NCBI RefSeq assembly: GCF_000315625.1
Contig: NW_005434630.1
Span: 62,001-126,000, forward strand
DNA length: 64,000 nucleotides
Reading direction: 5' to 3'
DNA from: Guillardia theta CCMP2712
Lineage: Eukaryota; Protista; Cryptophyta
Program-made: the position numbers and the translations under genes
Shown here: positions 34,401 through 47,985 of the stretch, piece after piece
Layout of the letters: each line of letters begins with the position of its first letter
Position numbering within the stretch: position 1 is the first letter of the stretch
The notes under the pieces: model-generated
The model's database searches: none
What the model was told of the DNA's origin: nothing
What the model saw: only the letters and a program-made list of their open reading frames with translations

Positions 34401-37400
34401 GACTGAAAGCAGAGCTCGTGATCTCTCGGGGTCGAGAAGAAGAAGCTCTGGAGAAGAAGATCCAGGCAAGAAGGCAAAAGCGGCAGAAGGCGCTGGAGGA
34501 TCAGCACCGGGAAGAGAAGAAGGCGATGGAAGAGAAAGACTTGCAGGAGGCGCTCAAGGAGATCGAGAGGATCAAGGCGATCTCGACTCACGCCATCCGC
34601 CAGGAGGAGCAACGAGCTAAGGAACACCTCGACATGTTGAACCGAGCCCAGGCTGAAATCAAGTTGCTCCGCGAAGAGCTTGATTCTAAATCGAACATGT
34701 CCATATCTGCAGAGGAGAGGAGGTTCGAAGACAAGCTGAATGCACAGAACCTGTCCAAAGAAGAACGTGACCTGATGATCAGGAAGCATGAAGACGAGAT
34801 AGGGCATATGAAGGCTCTGCTGAAGATGGATGCTGCCAAGCAGATTGCTTCCTTGGAAAGCAAGCTGCAGGCAAGAAAGGCTAAGAAACAAAAAACGCTG
34901 GAGTCCATGCACGAGCAAGAGACCTCCAAAGTTGAGCGTGAGTTCTCTTCGATTTCAGCCTCAATAAACGAAGCAGAAGCCAGGGGAGAGCATGAAGTGG
35001 AAGCAGAGATGGAGAAAGAAATACAAGGACAGATGAAAACTCTCTCTGAGAAGATTGATCATCAACGAAACCTCATGGTCGAAGAAGAAAATTCCAAGTT
35101 TGAGGATCAATTGAAATCTGCTGAGTACTCTGGGATAACAGATGCGGACAGGGAACAGTTGATTCAACAGCACCAGCAGAACGTTTCGAAACTGACAGCA
35201 TACATGGAGATGGAGAAGAACAAGAAGGAGCAGGAATTGAAAGACCGGCTCCAAGAAAGGAAGCAGAAGAGACTTCAGAAACTTGAGTTGGAGAAGCAGC
35301 GAAAGCAACAGGAGGAAGAGATCGATAGACAGCAAAAGGAGGAGATGGCAGAACTCGAGAGAAAGCATGAAGAAGAGATGAAGCTGGAGATGGAGAAAGT
35401 TGAGATGGAACTACAAGTAGAACGAGAAAGAGAACAACAGAAGCTGGCAAGAGAGATGTTGCTGTCCTCGGAATTCAGTGACAGCAAACAGAAGATGGAA
35501 GAGTCCAGCACAGAACGTGAGAAATTGATGGAGGACGCAGAAGAAAAAATGAATTTCATGAAGAGCCGAATGGAAGTTGAGAAGGAAAAGCAGGAGAAGC
35601 TGCTGCAAGAAAGACTGGAGAAGAAGGCCAAGAAGAAAAGGGAAGAGATAGCGCGAAGACAAGCCAAGCAAAAGGAAGAAAAGCTTCTGGAGCAGATACA
35701 GAGTGCTGAGACGATTCTTTATCAAGACGATCAATGGAAATCAATCGAGGAAGAAGAGAAAGGAGTCGTCCCACAAGCAATGACCGAAGAGTTTGAGAAA
35801 ATGCTCCAAGCTGAGAAGGAAAAGATTGAACAGGAAATGAAAAAGACCATGGAAGAACAACAAAGAATGAGAGAAGAGTTGAAGAAAAAACAGGAGGACG
35901 AGCGAAGATTGCTGGAGGAAGAGATGAAACGGGATCAAGAAATCTTTGAAGAAAATCTGAGGAAGGAGCAGGAAAAGAAAGCCGCAGAGCTGGAGGCAAG
36001 AAAGAGAACGATGCAGGAAGAGATGGAAAAGATGGCCGAGAATGTCACGGCAGAAGAGAGGGCCCTGCTGATCAAGAAGCATGAAGAGCAGATCCATCAA
36101 CTGGAGCAGGAGAACATCAACAAACGAGCCATGGTGGACGAGGAGCTGCAGTCTAAGCTCGCCAAGAGGCGGAACAAGAAGAAGATGATCCAGGAGAAGA
36201 AGCAGCAGGAAGAAATCGCTCAACTCCAGGAGACCAACGTGCAGAGAGCCAAGATGATGAAGAAACAGATGAGAGAGAAGGAGATAGAAGCGCTCAAGAA
36301 GATGGTGAAGGATGGAAACGAGGCTGAGGCTCTTCAAATCTTGTCCAAATCTCAGAGCGATGAGTTAGAAGAGGTCAAACTCCAGCAATCCGCCGAGTGC
36401 GCCAGACAGCTTGCGGCCTGCGAGACTCAAGAGCTGGCAGACAAGCTGGAAGCTGAGCTGAAGCTCAAGCACGACAACGAGCTCAGTGACATTAAGGCTG
36501 AGCATCAGTCGCAGCAGAGCGCGTTGCTGGGCGATGCACCACCCTCTGGGTCAGGCTCGATGAACAAGATCAACGAGATCGAGGTGAGAGCAGAGCAGCT
36601 GAGGCAGGAGAAGGAGGAGCTCAAGGCTAGGATCGAGGAGGAGATCAAGAGGATGGAGGTGGAGCATGAAAAGCAGATGCAGGAGGAGTTGGCCGTCTTC
36701 GAGAACAAGCGGAAGCAACTTGCCTCCCGAGCAGCCGATAGACGAAAACAGATGGAGAGTCGGATTTCTTCGGCTGCTTCCATGGGGCAGCAGACGAGGG
36801 AGGATGTACAGAAAACGTTTGAGGAGGAGAGGAACGCGCTAGACTCAGCTCTCTCCGAAGAGCAGCGAAGACAAGACGAGTGGCTGAAGCAGATGCTGAA
36901 ACACAGAACGCAAGCGAAGCAAGATGCCATGAGGGGCAAGTACAGCGAGCAGCTCAACAAGTACGAAGAGGTCATTCAAAGCTTGATGGACCGCGTCGGC
37001 AAGGAGGAGATGAATTTCCGGTCTCAGATGAGCAAGGAGGAAGCAGACAACGCATGGAAGGTTGTCTCCGTCGCCAAGTGGACCATGGCGAGCAAGTTGA
37101 ACCGACCGGAAGTCAAAGCTGCCAACAAGTGGCTGCGCAAGACGTTCAATCGCAGCCTTCGCATGATGTACCCCAACATCAACCCCAACTACTTGAATGC
37201 CCTCCAATCCACCAGCAAAGTTGACCTCAGAGGGTCGAGGAGCGCCTGGAGCCTCAGGGAGAATTCTCCCCGCAAGGAGGTGAGTCCCGCGTGCCTCTCT
37301 CTCTCTCTCTCTCTCCTCTCACGTGCCTTGCAGCCCTCTGGCTCCCGCCCTTCCTCCGCCTTGCGCTCTCCGCACGACACGTCTCCGGACACGCCAGCGC

Positions 37401-37713
37401 TTCAACTTCAGCTCAGAAGGCAGCAGGTAAAGCCCCCTCTTGATTTCATTGACCTCGCTGACTCTGGAGCTTTTAGAGCGAGATCGAGAGGCTTAAGCGA
37501 GCCGTTGAAGATCAAAAGGCAGGTGGCGAGCAGCCCAGCTCGGAGGTTAACCGGTTCAAGATGGCGAGGTCAGAGTCGGCGTATGGGCCGTCCAAGGAGG
37601 AGGTGGTGGCGCTCCTCAAGGAGTGGGAGTCGCCGATCCTTCCCAAGCTGGAGGAAGTGGAGAGGCTGCTGAGACTTGTCTTGGAAGAGAAATATGCAAC
37701 CCCTCTCAAGTGA
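13462..37713 (+). CDS. Giant type-I membrane protein (about 8000 aa): signal peptide, long GCC2/GCC3 (ephrin-receptor-like) Cys-rich repeat array, two beta-propeller inserts, one TM helix, DPxTG-repeat region and long coiled-coil tail; frameshifted in this sequence
   Basis: ORFs 13438-22041, 21869-24931, 24603-26555, 26530-29775 and 29810-37672 are collinear. Signal peptide MVGTRFLMFVCLLAALHGLISC. Many CPxGxYC repeats. TM helix LIIALAVSFGSVLLFSVVIVLL at about 30644-30709. Introns at 29764-29809, 32011-32058 and two near 37280-37475. The spliced end is ...EEKYATPLK* at 37713. Confidence 0.85.
21010..26478 (+). repeat. 2734-bp direct tandem duplication (21010-23743 / 23744-26477) within the giant gene
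   Basis: Constant 2734 offset. Only three substitutions were spotted outside the divergent block (21974/24708, 23155/25889, 23476/26210). The divergent block is 22002-22270 versus 24736-25004. Confidence 0.97.
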
Positions 37714-37779
37714 TCAAGGAGAGAAAGAAGAGTTAATACTTGAATGAATAGAGTGATTCAATGTTGTCACACTTTGTTT

Positions 37780-39862
37780 TCACTGATCACCAACGTCCCC
37801 TCCCTCTTCTCCACCTTTGTCAAGAATTTCCGCCGAACAAGTCCTTCCGGCACCTGCGATCTCCGTCACGCTGACCTGGTCGAGACGAACATGTTCGTGA
37901 ACCGTATCAACACAACTGGGCAGGCAGAAATGAGTTGATTGAGGGTCGCTCTTCATCGTCAAGTCAAACAATTCCTGCACGACACGTGAGATCTCAGTGT
38001 GACATCGAGCGCATGTCAACCAGCTTCTTGTCCAAACAATGAATCAGATCCTTGAGATTGGACGGCAGCATCGGTCCCTCCAACTGCTTCTGAGGTCAGA
38101 GATCTCTCTCGCACCATCATCGCGACCGTGACGACGTTAAGCGAGTGTTGTCTATTGATTGCTTTGACTGTTTCTGCCGTCAGATCCTACAAATGACGTG
38201 CATCACATTATGACACCTTGGCTTTGCTTCAGCGATATAGGTTTCAAGGTAGCAAAGAGAAAGGGAATCTAACCCAGCCGGATCAGATACCAACGCAAGT
38301 GTCTAGATATGAATACCGGAGAAAGAAGAGTAGGAGAGGCTGAAAAATCCTGCAGAGTGCTTGAATTTTCGTGCAATAACCACACGTTGCATCACCATAT
38401 TGTACAGAAAATCGTATAAAGATTGCACGTGAAAAGTTCCTTTGACGACACTGTTGCGGAAGTCTCACATCAGGCTCAACCTTTCAAATTCACTCACAGA
38501 AGAGATTGAGGGCTGCCATCTTTGACCAGCGTCCCGAGATTATGCCTCACTTCCCACTAGAGTGAGAGAGAGGGCGAGAGTGCCACAGCGTTGAAATGAA
38601 ACACCTGGGAATGAAGTCGAAGATGCAAAGTCGCGCAGCTCTTGTAAGAGACTGAAATTCTCGTCTCACTACGACGGAGAAGAAGCGAAAAGTTCACCTG
38701 AGATTGTCTGGGTCTTGTGACCCGTTGCGATCGTCGGGATCGAGCGGCATAGCAAACTCAACAATCTTGTCTCGCAACCCCTTGCGGAGCGACTGAAGAC
38801 ACGTGAATGAAGACACGTGAGAGAAGGAGAGAACCTTTGTTGAGCTCGAGATGAAAGCGATTTGCTCGGCTTTGGCTAAATCTTGAGAGGAAGAAACGAC
38901 GTTAGGCGAGCTGTCGCGGAAAAGAACGTGAAAATCTTCGCTCATCAGGTAGAAATATCTGCAGGTAATCGGTGAACGCAGATCTCAGAATTGGCCACGA
39001 TACCGGCACTGGCCGTTCTTGTAGAGACGATAGAGCGAGTGCAAAGCATGTCTGAACTCTTGCTGATTCTTCTCCATCTCCTGCGTCCATCCAGAGTAAG
39101 CAAAAATTGAGTCGCTTGAAGCCAAAGCACTGACCTTCTCTTCCGCCTTGCTCCTTTGCACTGGTTCTCTTGTACTTAGCTGGGACGCATTCGACGGGTA
39201 ACGCCATTGAATGAGAGCGCGAGCAAGCCTCTCCTCCTCGTTCATGTCTGAAGTTTCTCTTGCATGGGCCGGATAGAAACTTGCTACAGACGAGAACTTG
39301 TACTGCAACCAGCCCATTGGCTGTTCAGACTCAACCCGCAAGGTCTGCTTGATGGACCAATCTAGTGGCAGATCATCTAAGCTCACCTAGAATCTTCCTC
39401 AGGGTTGCTGTGATACCGCCTAAGACAGGGAGCCCACTCACCTTCAGTTTCTCATCCTTGGTTTCGTTGTGACTTGCCACTGCTCTCCCTCGGGAGGGCT
39501 TCACATGCTCGTTGTGATATCTTAAGCTTGACAAATCTAGTTCTTTCTTGTTCTTCACTGTCTCTATCTCGCACTCTTTGCCCATGTTTGTCTGGAAGAA
39601 GTCCGCTGGCTTCACCACCCGCACGAGCTTCTCCTCCATGACTTCGAAACACTCCAAGTTCACCTCGATCTTGGTCTTGTCCACCCTGCCCCACAAGCTC
39701 AGAGTTCCTTCATACACTCTCCACATGCTCGCTTCCTTTTCTCCAGACTCACCCGCTCGCTCTCGTGCTGGCCGTCTCTATTCTGTCGGGTCTTTCTGCC
39801 ATCTTCGCTTTCTTGAGTTCCCTCGCGTTCTCGTCGGCAGCTGCTGATCCATGGTTCTTCAT
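37780..39862 (-). CDS. DONSON: DONSON (downstream neighbor of SON) homolog, replication factor, multi-exon
   Basis: LPLDWSIKQTLRVESEQPMGW, LIQWRYP, FRHALHSLYRLYKNGQCRY-FYL...FHVLF, AFISSST..LRKGLRDKIVEFAMPL and LEGPMLP match the conserved DONSON blocks in order. Confidence 0.8.
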
Positions 39863-40181
39863 ACCATGTTGCACATTTCTCTCCTCCTCGACCCGCTCTC
39901 CCCCTCCCCCCTCCCCCCTCCCCTTCCTCCCCCCCCCTCCCCGGCATCGTCGCAGAACCACTCGCCCCATTTTTCCCGCGTTTGCGCCGCTCACAGATTT
40001 ACCGAGCCCGCCTCACTTTTTGTTTCAATGCCAGACTGCCATCAGACGCAACGAGAGGGAGGAGGTTGGAAGGAGAGGAGATGAGAGGAGATGAGCGAAT
40101 GGTGGAGGAGGGAGTGGAGGGAGGGATTGGAGCTGGGAAGCTGAAGACAGACGTCTGATTCAGTGGACATTCACTCCCAAC

Positions 40182-42209
40182 ATGCCTCGGACCCTCCGGT
40201 CTTCCGCTCTGACCGCGATGAGCTTGATCTGGTTCCAAGCATCTTGTCGAAGATGTACCGTGACTACCGAAGTCAAGATGGTCACAGGAAGTTGTCTGCA
40301 GCTTCGAGGAGGAAGCCTCGATTCTGTCGTGAATTTCAATTTGATCAAGAGTAGATTCAATCGTAAGGACGAGGAGGAGGAGGAGGACGAGGAGGACGCT
40401 ATATCAGCTATATCTCGACTTCGCAAAAGGAAGCGACCAAACGAGGTCCAGGAGCAGCCGAAGAGTGAGTTCACGCCAGAGGAAGAGCTGTTTGCGGAGA
40501 AGGAAAGGGAGAGAGTGTGCAACCTAATCCGAGCAGAGGAGCAGTATGATGAGACTGTCGATACGACGGTGCAGGATGGTTTGTCATTTACCGAATGGCT
40601 CGCAAGGATCAACGAGATCGAAAACCTTCGGCGAAAGAATCGTCGGCATGTAGAGACCGACTATGGTCAAGGATACGTGGACGGGAGATTCGGAAAAGAC
40701 GACATCATGGGATGGGTCAACTACGTTCCATTGCCGCAGGATGTGAGGAGAGAGGATCTGTTGGTGCAGCCCCAGTACCGCCTCAACCGGCACCTTTGGA
40801 ACGCCTCTTCAAAGGGCAAGAGCGCACCTGAGGGGTTCAAGGAGTGACTGAAGCCCTTTCCGCAGGTGACTTGCGACTGGTGTGTATGTTGCTCGAGGCC
40901 GGAGCAGATGTCAGGTCCTACAACAATGAAAGCTATCTGCCCGCCGAGATCAACTTCGGTCTGAGGTACTTGATGGCGGATGCCTTGATTGAATGACTCT
41001 GATTGCATCTGAAGCTCGGATCAAGAAGAGTCGCCGACATGCACGTATGGCTATGTTGATCTGCAGAACTCCAAGGCGGTGGTGTGTGTACACATGTGGT
41101 GCCCTCTACATTGGGCTGCCAACTACAATCATGGTAAGTTTGCGTGTGAGGAGCGCATGGAGGAGCTGAGGACTAGCATTGTGCAGCTTCAACAGTCGAT
41201 CTGCTCATCAAGTATGGGGCCAATATAAACCAGCAAGATGTTGACAATCGTACAGCTCTGCATCTTGCGTCAGCTAGTGGCCATGCGGTACCCTAATAAC
41301 GCAGCAGCTTCTCGTCCTGTTGTTCCTTGACATGAGAGATGACCAGGATGTCGTACGTGAGCTTCTTGCCAACAACGCAGACTTGGAATCAAACGACAGT
41401 CGCGGCAACACACCTCTCTTCTACGCAGCATGGGAAGGACATGTTCAAGTCGCTTCGCTTTTGCTTGCCGCGGTTTCTCCAGCCAGTCTCTCATCGTCTC
41501 TCAGTGTTGATGGGATTGCGTGCAGGGAGCCAATTGCAATCACACAAATGATGGAGGATACACAGCGTTGCACTGGGCTGCTAGCGAGGTCCTCAGCTTT
41601 CAATTGAAAACTCTGCTTGACCTCCATGCAGAATCGCCTCGGCGTTGTCAAGCTCCTTCTTGAGCACAACATAAACGCCGAGGAGTTGACGAAGGAGGAA
41701 GAATTGGATGCGCTTGACCTTGCGGAGAAAAAGGTAGGAGGGAGTATGATCTGTCCGGCTGATTCAAGATGAGCAGAAGTATCTGGATGTGTGTGAGGTG
41801 CTGGCCGGAGGGATGGGTCTTGTCAAAGTACCGATCGATCAGTTGTACTCGCACGAGCAACAGCAGGTCAGTCCTGCACAGCTTCCTTATCGTTCTGACT
41901 GTCTTCACAGCTAATGGAGTATGCGGAGAAGAAACTCCAAGAGCTCAAGGAAGAGCTCCTCTACGTGACTCGTGTAGGGGATAGCGAAGTAAGGAGTAGC
42001 ATCTTTGCTCTAGTCCTTACCTGCTGCAGATCATCGTGCCCGGCAACAGGACAGAGATCGAAAATCGACCCAGGTCAACGATCCTGGAGGACATACAGCA
42101 GAACCAACACATAGTCGATGTGGTGCAAGAGCTTAACCGTCGGCATGCAGAGCAGACTGCCAAAGCCCAGGGAAACCCTAAATTCGCTGCTCTGGGTCCT
42201 CAGACCTGA
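40182..42209 (+). CDS. Ankyrin-repeat protein with weak signal-like N-terminus and LQLRGG motif, multi-exon
   Basis: LNRHLWNASSKG, WCPLHWAANYNH, NRTALHLASASGH, GNTPLFYAAWEGHVQVASLLL and GYTALHWAA. It ends ...KFAALGPQT* at 42209. Confidence 0.8.
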
Positions 42210-42490
42210 CGTAATGTAAAGACTTTTTTCTAAATTCGCTGCTCTTGGTCCTCAGACCTGACGTAATGTAAAGACTTTTTTCTAAATTCGGTGCTCTGGG
42301 TCCTCAGACCTGACGTAATGTAAAGACTTTTTTCTAAATTCGCTGCTCTGGGTCCTCAGACCTGACGTAATGTAAAGACTTTTTTCTAAATTCGCTGCTC
42401 TGGGTCCTCAGACCTGACGTAATGTAAAGACTTTTTTCTAAATTCGGTGCTCTGGGTCCTCAGACCTGACGTAATGTAAAGACTTTTCTT
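42179..42490. repeat. 52-bp tandem repeat x6 overlapping the stop codon and 3' region of the ankyrin gene
   Basis: Unit TAAATTCGCTGCTCTGGGTCCTCAGACCTGACGTAATGTAAAGACTTTTTTC starts at 42179, 42231, 42283, 42335, 42387 and 42439. Confidence 0.97.
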
Positions 42491-42632
42491 TAATTCATCC
42501 TTATGACTGGATCCTCGCTCGTGATGTCCTTCAAGCAATCACCTACAGCCTGCTCAAATTGCCCGACCCTGATCGAGAGCTCGTCCTCCTCTTGTCCTTC
42601 CATATTCAGCATCACCTAATTCGACCCACCCC

Positions 42633-43523
<891 letters not shown>

Positions 43524-44482
43524 CTGGAGAAACTGCAGGAAAAATCAGCGGCAAATTTCTTAGACATAGTTCCAGCATGAGATCAAAGTCGAGCAGGTAA
43601 CAATGCAATAGCAGGAAATAGTTCAAGTGCATTTCGCAGGATTGTTAAGCAGGGTTACCTTCCAGAGGTCACTTTTTCAGGGCTATTCTTAACACGAAAA
43701 ATCCGAGGGCTTCTGCAGGACCATTTCGATTAGAAAACATCGTACTGCCTCAAATTTGCACCCACTTGGAGTCCTTGGAGTGAACACAAGTTTCAAACTT
43801 GAGGTTGACCAGGTATCTCTGCAGATCAAACCATCATCCATCCTGCACCGATTCCCAACATTGAACATCCCTCAGTGGAAGAAGCCGTCTCCCTATCTAC
43901 ATCTCGCGACTCATACTGGCTCTCATCTTCCTCTTCATCTTTTGCCTTCAATCTCATCACCAAATCTCACGGACAAGGGTTGGGTACTTCACGACGATAC
44001 TCGGGAAAACCGAATCAGGTTAAGGCAGTAGTCATAAACAGCACCGAGATCTTTCTTGTCGATGTTAGATTCTTACTGAGGAGGGACAAGAATATTCACA
44101 CCATACAAAACACTTGAAGTTTCGTAATGGAGGGAGCAACAACAGGCATGCGATCAAGTGATTCCACAAATAGACTGGTCAGCAAAGCAGGAGGGGGGTA
44201 GGCAAGGGACTTTGGCAACGGCGACAATGCAACGCCAAAGAGTTACACAGTTCAGTGAAATTGACTATGCATATGAGTTGGCAGCACACAAGTAAAAAAG
44301 AAAACGTTTGAAGGGGAGCAAAACAAATGAAGGGGAGCAAAACAAACGGAAGGTGACAAGCGAGAGAAAGGGAGAAGAGGGAGGAAACTGGGACAGCACT
44401 AGGGGTGGGAGAAGGGACACGAAGGTGAAAAGAGTTAAGAGGAGGGCGAAGCAAGTGAGCAAGTAAGCTGGCAAGAACCGAG

Positions 44483-44582
44483 GCAGAGAGAGGAGAGGAG
44501 GAGCTCAGAGACAAACAGATCGAAGCCATTGCCGCAGAGAGAGGAGAGGAGGAGCTCAGAGACAAACAGATCGAAGCCATTG
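44483..44582. repeat. 51-bp direct duplication
   Basis: GCAGAGAGAGGAGAGGAGGAGCTCAGAGACAAACAGATCGAAGCCATTG occurs at 44483 and 44534. Confidence 0.9.
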
Positions 44583-44659
44583 TCGTATGTCTCAAACAGG
44601 GACAGCAGAGATGGGGAAGCCATGGAGGGCGTGAAAGGATTGGTGGTGTGGTGTCAGCA

Positions 44660-45860
44660 CCGGTGGGTACTGGATTGCCAGGGTCCATCACTTGAATTTA
44701 AAATAAACAGGGGTGGGTGATCTATCGCACCGGTCCATTTAGAGGTAGAATATGTTCAACTGAAGGGTACCTCCCATATCTCTACGGGTTTGAACAAAGC
44801 TTTTCTGAAAAGAGATGGTAGGGTAGAGGTTATGTGGACAGGGTGGGTAGTATGAAAGGAGAGGAAATGGAAATTCAAGGGTGGGGTGAGGTTGTTCGAA
44901 CTTGCTGTTACATTGGGGGTAGGGTTATTTGATGAGGGGTGGTGAAGGTTTTACTTTTTTTACATATTGGGTTGTTTTTGAAATCTGTATATTCCAGATG
45001 TTATAACATTTGAAAATTCAGTAGAATAATCTATCAAGAATTTCCAAAATATGAAGAATAAACAGTTTGGCGGTATACGACAATGTTTTCCAATTCACCA
45101 CCGGTCATTGAATGACCCCATCAAATCTTACCACCCCCTCCGACATCATTTACCCCTACTACCCACACTCCATGTTTTCAAAAAGGAATGGGGGAACAGG
45201 CCATCGGTAATCTATAGGGTAGGGTACTGTGTTATGTATCATCGGTGGGGTAGTACTGATCTGTTCTGGGAAAAGTGAGGGGTTGTAGCAGCTCGATGGT
45301 GGGGTCTGATGTGGGCACCACGGGTTCTACTCACAACCCTATGAAATGAAGGAAAAGAGGGGGTATTGTGATGTCCGTTAATAGTTCAAAGGAGGGTAGG
45401 GATAGGGGGTCCCCTCTTCTTTCCCAGACGCTGGAGGGTGATTAGGGGTGGTCTTGCCTGAAGGGGTACGACAAGAAGCAGGGGTAGATTTCTACCACCA
45501 AGGGAGAGGGTAGGTGGGGGTAGTCCACGGGGGCGTAGAGGGGAGGTAGAAGACAAAAATTTTAGTTAACAATTGGCTACGGTGATCGGCCCGGGCCCCG
45601 GGCCCACGGGGCACTCGGTGACCAGCTGAGCCGCTCGGACCGTGCTGTACCGTACGGTACGGTGATGGCACCGTGCCGATAGGCGGGCACTAGGCACACG
45701 CCCGGCGCGGCCCTCTGAGTCCATCGGATTCGGCGGGACTCATGGCCATACTGATATGATGATCATGCCATGCGGCGCGGAGTCCGACGCATCATCGGGC
45801 ATCCGGGCGGCCGCGAGTCACGGCGGGCCGGCCGATCTCAGGCTGATAAGTTGAAGTTGC
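44660..45860. promoter_or_regulatory. Non-coding GGGT(A/G)-rich tract followed by a GC palindrome island
   Basis: Dozens of GGGGTA/GGGGTG/GGGTAG words at 44700-45550, GGCCCGGGCCCCGGGCCC at about 45588-45605, and the perfect palindrome GTACCGTACGGTAC at 45647-45660. Confidence 0.45.
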
Positions 45861-45938
45861 TGTCTTCTTACCTTTATACATATTAGTTCTGAAGCGAGCT
45901 TGAAGCGCTGAGAGTAGGTAGACTAAAAAACCCACAGC

Positions 45939-47985
45939 ATGGGGAACCAGGCGCTCCACCTGGTCCTGCTGGTCCTGCTGCTGGCCCTGGTGGGCAGGGG
46001 GGATCCCCTGAAGTACGAGGGAGGAAGCATGCGATCACTCAGACTGAGAGGGGGGGGAGGAAGCAGCGACGCAGGATCCCATGGACAAGGTGTAGGTCTC
46101 CTCTCCTCCAAGGGAATGCAGTTCCGACCTTTGCGAAAGGAGGGGACGCGAGAGGGAGGAAGCAGAGGGACCGAGGGCGACAGGATGGAGGATAGCGCAT
46201 CGATTGTATCCCAGAAACCTGAGGAGAAGGGGAAGATGGATGAGCGATACAGTGCCCTGTGGAGGGCGGTGAAGGACAGACGCGTCGATGTAATCTTAGA
46301 TCTAATGGACAAGGGACTGAATTTGTCTCATCCCGACGCCTCGTTTGGAGGATGGACATCATTGCACTATGCAGCGGCAGGAGGAGAAGGACATGTAGTC
46401 GACATGCTCCTCTCCCATGGAGTGCCTGTTGACATCTGCAACGACCAAATGTCGACGCCGCTAGCTATCGCGGCCTCTGAGGGCCACCTGAATATTGTGG
46501 AGAAGCTGCTGAGAAGAGGAGCGGATGTGAACGCCTCCAACAATTATGGGATGACAGCCCTGCACAGGTGACGGAGGAAGAGACGGGGGGGTGTGGCTGA
46601 AACATTTCCACGAGCAGGGCAGCAGCATCAGGCTGTACCAAGACTTGCGCTCTTCTCATCTCCACGGGGCTAGATGTCGACTCTCCCAACGTTGCTGCCT
46701 CATCCTCCCAGCACACCCAGCGGCTGAAGCGTTCCTGCAGGTCATGGAGGTCACTCCCTTGCATCTCGCTGCTTGCGGGGGATTCCTCGACACAGTAGAG
46801 ACTCTCGTGGGGCATGGCGCCGATGTCAACCAGCCGAACAGCGATGGTTGGATTGCCCTGCATTACGCAGGTGAAGGAAAGTAGTGTGCTGGGTCTAGCT
46901 CTGAACATGGATCTATCAGCACTGAAGGGGAACGAGGAGCTTATTGAGCTGCTGCTGTCTAAAAGATCGAAAGTTCTGGTTTTGTTGCCTACTGTGTGAA
47001 GGTGGTGGGTGAAGTTGGACAGGTGCCAAGCAAACTCCTCGAGACGCCAGTAGGGCTTGCAAAGAAGTACGGGCATGTGAGCTTGTCAGATGTCTGAAAC
47101 CCTCTGTGACCTGGCTGCAACCAGGAAAAGTCGTTCCACATGCTCCTGAAAGCAAGGTGAGAGAGCCGTGGCAAGATGCCAACGACCTCATGTGCCTCAT
47201 CAGCTGGGAGGAAAAGGACGACAAGCAGCACATGGACATGAAACAACGCCAGCGAAGGGTTTGATGGCTTTCTTAGCTTGCCTTAGACAAGTGACGTGTC
47301 GTCAACAGGAGATAGATGATGAGTACGACAAGTTTTGGAGCAAGATCTGGCAGGAGCAAGTGAGGAGACATCAGAGTTCGGGTGAAGGGAGTTCCACATT
47401 GTCGGACGTCTTGGATCATCACAAAGCCACCATGATGGGAGCTGAGGACGGTATTGTTTCTTGGCCGAAGCGATATCCCGGTCAAGGTGTGGGAGATGAT
47501 TTGGAAGATGGCAAGAAACCAGAAATCCCTGTCACCCCTGTACCGATGAGCTTCAAGAGCTCGGCTGGCACAGGGTTGGAAAAAATTCTACCCGATGAGA
47601 ACGGAACTTCATGTATCGATTACGATCTCCTTTTTGAGAATCCAAAAGGAGAAGTGGAGAAAGTTGTCTTCGGCGTTACGGTTGGACTTTTTCGATTCTT
47701 CTCCCTCCCTTCTCTTCAGTTCACCAACCTTTGAGATCTCCATTTCCCTATCCCCTCCCTGTCCAGTCACTGATTTTCTTGACAGCCGAGGGACAAGGAA
47801 AAGGAGGCTCTCGACGATTTCTACAAGAAGCACATGTAAGAATGTTCCCCTGCTGTCTTGTGTTTCATAACAAAAGGTTCAGTGAGCCCAAGATGTCACT
47901 GGACGAGCTCGAGCTGAAAGTGCGGGAAGCGCAAGCGCTGGCGATGGAGAGAAACAAAACAGCGCAAATGCTACAGGATGGATGA
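45939..47985 (+). CDS. Signal-peptide and LRLRGG-bearing ankyrin-repeat protein, multi-exon
   Basis: Hydrophobic leader LHLVLLVLLLALVG followed by LRLRGG. Ankyrin motifs GWTSLHYAA, STPLAIAASEGH, GMTALHR, VTPLHLAACGG and GWIALHYA. Confidence 0.85.

Noticed and set aside
13600-37400. Numerous short antisense and alternate-frame ORFs in the giant gene
   Set aside because: They are shadows of repetitive, codon-biased coding sequence with no recognisable domains.
42179-42490. CRISPR-like array
   Set aside because: The units are contiguous and near-identical with no unique spacers, no cas genes are present, and the context is eukaryotic.
43750-44690. Possible gene upstream of Rab11 (ORFs 43756-44117, 44179-44691)
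   Set aside because: The translations are low-complexity or repeat-derived with no motifs. The region could be UTR or non-coding and cannot be supported as a CDS.
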